Shown here in pieces: positions 60,336-64,000 of a stretch of DNA of 64,000 nt. Source of the DNA: Halocafeteria seosinensis. Taxonomy: Eukaryota. A model generated the notes under the pieces. That model ran no database searches. It had not been told where the DNA came from and worked only from the letters and a program-made list of their open reading frames with translations. A program made the position numbers and the translations under genes. The stretch is from assembly GCA_001687465.1 (NCBI GenBank), contig LVLI01000251.1, positions 62,001 to 126,000 on the forward strand, written 5' to 3'. Every line of letters begins with the position of its first letter. Within the stretch, counting starts at the first letter, position 1.

Positions 60336-61916
60336 TTAGTTAGTTATCGTGGGACATGCTAAATTCTGCTCTCGGATATAGTTCTCCATTCTTACCGGAA
60401 CGCATTTCGTTAAGGTTCTAAAGCACAATGATCCCGATTTTTTCCTACTAGCATGACCAAACATCAAGCGAGTCTTTTCGATGGGTATGTGCGCTTCATG
60501 GAGCCGCTGATTCCAGGCGCTTTCGGAATTTTTAATTGTACCATCATTGACATATTTTGGATCTAGCAGGATGTGGTAAAAGATCAAAGCTGCTGCATCC
60601 GTTCGAAATATTACGTATTTATCATTTATACCACCTTGTATGTTACAATCCAGCGTTACAACTGATCCCGTGAAGTGTAAGTAGGCTGGGTGTTCTTCGA
60701 AAAATACGTTATCCGTCCTTGTTCTGACATACATGGAATAGTTTCCGCGTTTTTTCACTGTATCGAAACCACGCATTAAGTTGTGATACATCATAAGGTT
60801 TCTGGTGCGTTTCTGTCGCGGATTTTGGTTACCGTGGTGGGTGGGCAACCTTTCTAGGTGGAACTGGTACTTCTCTTGAAGTTCATGTACAGTGGGAGCA
60901 TCTTCCACTCCATAATAAGCTAGTCTAGCGCCTGCCAACTCTACCCTTCTCTTCAAGTAGGATCTCCTGCTTATATTGTCGACATCGAATTGAGAACCTG
61001 GCTTCAGTCCCATCTGCTTATCCCACCCCTTCAGTACGTGCTTCTGGTTTTGTTTCTGTAGCACTGCAAATACGTCCACAAGGATCCCAGCTCTCGTCTG
61101 AGGACGGAGAACGTTGATAGCCAAGGAGTCAATCGTCTCTTTGATTAACCGATGTACTAGCCCACTTATGATAACTGCCATAGTGACAGGTTGTACGGTT
61201 GTCTGATTTCCATTTGCTATACCAGCACGTCTCAGCGTGATGTTGTTTTGTTTTCCCACCACCCCTCGGACGAGCTCAACCCCACTACCAGAATTAGCTT
61301 CGTCCATATTTTTCACATTATTTAACTTTTGTTCGGTTGGTATGCGGCTCGTGCTTCTGTTGTTTGGGTCACTGGGGCCGCCTCGAAGGAGTTGTGACAC
61401 ACTTTCCGCGTTGTGTTGACTTCTTCTCAACAATCGTGATACGAGACGATCGTCGTCGTCGTCTTTTGATTGATCAGCAGTGTCAAAACGGATGTCTTCA
61501 GCATTCTTTTCGACTGGGTTAGCGGCTTCATGTCGGGCATTGCTATGCTGATGTGTAGTTGCGGTGGCTTGAATTGCCTGACGGTTGTTGTCGTGTCCAT
61601 TCGAGAGTCGTAAGTCGAGCCTTTCTGCTTCAACACTCTTCTGTTGAGCGTGGCCGACAGCTCCTTCTTGCGATGGGGCCCCAAGGTTTGTATTCTCTGT
61701 TTGTACCTGCTTCCCATGCGCAAGCAAATTCGACCGTAAGTTGTTGCTCAGACTTTGAGATGCGTTCCCGCCTAGGTGGAGGTATGCTCCATTTGGCAAA
61801 ATTAACGGCTTTACAGTAGGATATACTGGTTTGGTTTCGACCCAATGAAAAAATACCACGATATCAATTACTACCAAGGCCGATATAATCAGTGCTTTGA
61901 AGGTGGGTGTACACAT
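60336..61916 (-). CDS. Type II membrane putative glycosyltransferase (intronless)
   Basis: Anchor and stem, then MAVIISGLVHRL, VDVFAVL, YSMYVRTRTDNVF, GGINDKYVI and NSE. This pattern (A..ISG..R / Y....R.R.D / G.ND / E) is typical of an uncharacterised GT-like family seen in algae and large viruses. Confidence 0.55.
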   Translation of the reverse strand: MCTPTFKALIISALVVIDIVVFFHWVETKPVYPTVKPLILPNGAYLHLGGNASQSLSNNLRSNLLAHGKQVQTENTNLGAPSQEGAVGHAQQKSVEAERLDLRLSNGHDNNRQAIQATATTHQHSNARHEAANPVEKNAEDIRFDTADQSKDDDDDRLVSRLLRRSQHNAESVSQLLRGGPSDPNNRSTSRIPTEQKLNNVKNMDEANSGSGVELVRGVVGKQNNITLRRAGIANGNQTTVQPVTMAVIISGLVHRLIKETIDSLAINVLRPQTRAGILVDVFAVLQKQNQKHVLKGWDKQMGLKPGSQFDVDNISRRSYLKRRVELAGARLAYYGVEDAPTVHELQEKYQFHLERLPTHHGNQNPRQKRTRNLMMYHNLMRGFDTVKKRGNYSMYVRTRTDNVFFEEHPAYLHFTGSVVTLDCNIQGGINDKYVIFRTDAAALIFYHILLDPKYVNDGTIKNSESAWNQRLHEAHIPIEKTRLMFGHASRKKSGSLCFRTLTKCVPVRMENYIREQNLACPTITN

Positions 61917-62390
61917 ACTGAAGAGGTTCCTCCAACAGTCTAGCCCAGATACCGTCCATTAGAAGGAGAAACCATTACATTATGCGTACAATGCGAAGGC
62001 ATGAATAAAATGTAATGAATGATAGGTATAATCAAAACGGAAGGAAACTTCGTTATTCAGTCGTTGAGGCCATAAGTGCTTTGTGAAGTTTAAGGTGTGG
62101 CCGGTGGGGCACAGAAATAGCCCATTTAAGGTAGCTGTATGTTTGGAGCTGGAAGAATTCACTCAATGGATAGGATCGTCTTCATTCAGTCGGTATACGG
62201 TGCCTATTAGTTGGAGGTGACTCCTCTAAACGTCGGCAGTTACCGAGTTTCCGAATACAGCAGGATATTCCGTTTCCTTACTGCCCAACCTCCGAACCTG
62301 GCTGGACAAGTTTATTTAGCAGGTTTTGGCTGTGATACCCCTTGTAGCATCATAAATAACAGGAAAATTGCACAGTTAGGGGCATAACAC
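61430..62390 (-). repeat. Right arm of the diverged inverted duplication
   Basis: Its reverse complement matches 51541-52820 in both noncoding and coding blocks, with indels. Confidence 0.85.
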
Positions 62391-63108
62391 CCACTCTTTA
62401 CAGCAGACTGCAGTGCAGCAGCGGGTTGCAACGACAAATATGGGACAGCTCACGTAGTACTACATACCGGTAGTGCTTGCATTGTCATACCTATGTTCCC
62501 TTCAGATTGCAGGTTTAAAAGGCAGTGAACCAAATGCAAAAGAATAGTGTTAGCAGTGCATGTTGGACAGAGTAAATAAACTGTATCAGCTACGTATGTT
62601 TGTGACGTTAGTCAATGGAAGGGGAACCTACAGACTAAGGCTACAGTACAAGTTGTACCGGTACACTATCAGGTGGTTACTCCATGAAGTAGCAATGGAA
62701 GTCGCCTCTCCCCCATTAATGCTTCCCAAGAGGCAAACACATGTTTATGTCAGCAGTTGAGCTCATACACAAGTAAGTTTTCTGTGGGTCAAACATGAAA
62801 CGTGGAATTTCCACATGTAATGGTCCATTCCCGATACTACCCGCATTGAGCAGGAGAGCACGATTTGCACACCACAATGTATTATACTCATCGCGGAAGC
62901 AGCTAAAACGAAAATTGATTTCACAATTGGACAATGCTGTATGGTATTCCATTTACTGTTCCACGCCCCCCCTGTTGACGTTCCATTCAGTCCAGGTATG
63001 CGCTCACAATCTTACGCGGTGGACGCTAACTGTGCTGCTGAGCTACTGGAAAAGCTTCACAGCTTGCTGATCCAGTGAGAATCTGTGAGATGGGCATTGG
63101 TCTGCCGT

Positions 63109-64000
63109 TTATGTAATTTTATAACCGTCACAGCCAGGAAACCTTCCTTGTGGTTTCCTGTTCTGTCCAATGAATGGAGTGAGATCACTCCATAACCTAG
63201 TGGAATTACATCGGTAAGCCCATAGGTTAAGAAACAGCAGTGGTCTGTCGCGAGCCAGACATGCTGAAAGCATGTTTTGAATCCCCAGCAAAAATGACGA
63301 TGCTATCGGTCCTACCTTGTGTAATTTAAATGCATTGGAGCCTTTGACCCTATTGTTCTTCTTTCCATATATCCCATTATTCATATGATCACTAATGTCG
63401 GCATAAGGGACAAGTGCCGTCAACAATGGGACCGCCCCCAATGGATGGGATGCAATTCTCCTTCGGGACCATTCACGAAGTTCTCGTGTATTCAATAGTA
63501 TTTTGGCTTTGGGGAAGGCCTTGAGTAGTGCAGGCAAGAACGCACCAACGGGCTGATCACTAATTGCATCAAACTCTTCAAATAGTCTAAAGTCAACGTT
63601 TTTCGCCGTAGCCAAAGTGTTTGTTGACATCTGCCCAACCACTTTTAACCATTTTGCCTCCACATGTTGACTACACCTATGAGGACAAAACGTCCTCAGA
63701 TTGTGTCCCACGACTAAATCGAAGTGAGTTAGAGCCTTCGCCAGAGCTTTAGTTCCAGTTGTGCCTTCGCCAGCAATTATTATGAGAGGGTGATTGGAAG
63801 AATAGCCGACATCAATCTCCGTAGCAATGTGTCTTAAGTCTCGGCATGCTACCTCCAGAAGAGTTTGATTCGCTTCCGCCATTCTGGACATCAGAGGTTT
63901 CTCAGAGGATCTAGTATCGAGGTTATGAAAACTAGATAACGGTTGGGTAGCTCTCTGCATCTCCAGACTCCGGCTCGATCCTACAAGTCCTGTAATCACT
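63109..64000 (-). CDS. P-loop sulfotransferase-family protein (Sulfotransfer_4-like), 5' end beyond the window
   Basis: IIIAGEGTTGTKALAKAL...GH, FDAISDQP..FLPALLKAFPKAKILLNTR..EW, LLFLNL..WSDLTPFIG..FP. Confidence 0.75.
   Translation of the reverse strand, partial: VITGLVGSSRSLEMQRATQPLSSFHNLDTRSSEKPLMSRMAEANQTLLEVACRDLRHIATEIDVGYSSNHPLIIIAGEGTTGTKALAKALTHFDLVVGHNLRTFCPHRCSQHVEAKWLKVVGQMSTNTLATAKNVDFRLFEEFDAISDQPVGAFLPALLKAFPKAKILLNTRELREWSRRRIASHPLGAVPLLTALVPYADISDHMNNGIYGKKNNRVKGSNAFKLHKVGPIASSFLLGIQNMLSACLARDRPLLFLNLWAYRCNSTRLWSDLTPFIGQNRKPQGRFPGCDGYKIT

Noticed and set aside
51541..62390. Inverted arms as terminal inverted repeats of a DNA transposon
   Set aside because: The arms are diverged, include promoter and coding sequence of cellular-type genes, and no transposase lies between them.
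1..64000. Prokaryotic or viral origin, CRISPR arrays, rRNA or tRNA genes
   Set aside because: Abundant spliceosomal introns and eukaryotic housekeeping genes. No repeat-spacer array or structural RNA signature was recognised by eye.

Overview
Gene-dense eukaryotic nuclear DNA with short GT-AG introns (mostly about 55-140 nt) and the standard genetic code. It is probably from a protist, and a stramenopile is my best guess from the TM9SF sequence style (inference). All calls come from manual translation and motif recognition; no searches were run. The first 44 kb holds mostly intron-containing genes: UTP15, WDR53-like, a UBE2Z-like E2, a FAD oxidase, a lipocalin, an LRR/EF-hand protein, TM9SF, RPA49, an RDD protein and a DHYC palmitoyltransferase. 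It also holds a membrane PAS protein, a convergent pair of HS6ST-like sulfotransferases, a very large P2X-like channel gene that the ORF track splits into pieces, and decayed gene fragments. The last 20 kb is an intronless block of mostly secretory-pathway enzymes: three paralogous TTL-like ATP-grasp proteins with N-terminal signal/anchor segments (one catalytically degenerate), a FAM20-like probable pseudokinase, a putative glycosyltransferase, a decayed bacterial-type AT3-SGNH O-acyltransferase and a sulfotransferase. The kinase-like and glycosyltransferase-like genes share a duplicated promoter + anchor + stem module. This block is the best candidate for an undescribed cell-surface polymer modification system. 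No rRNA, tRNA, CRISPR array or intact transposase was recognised.
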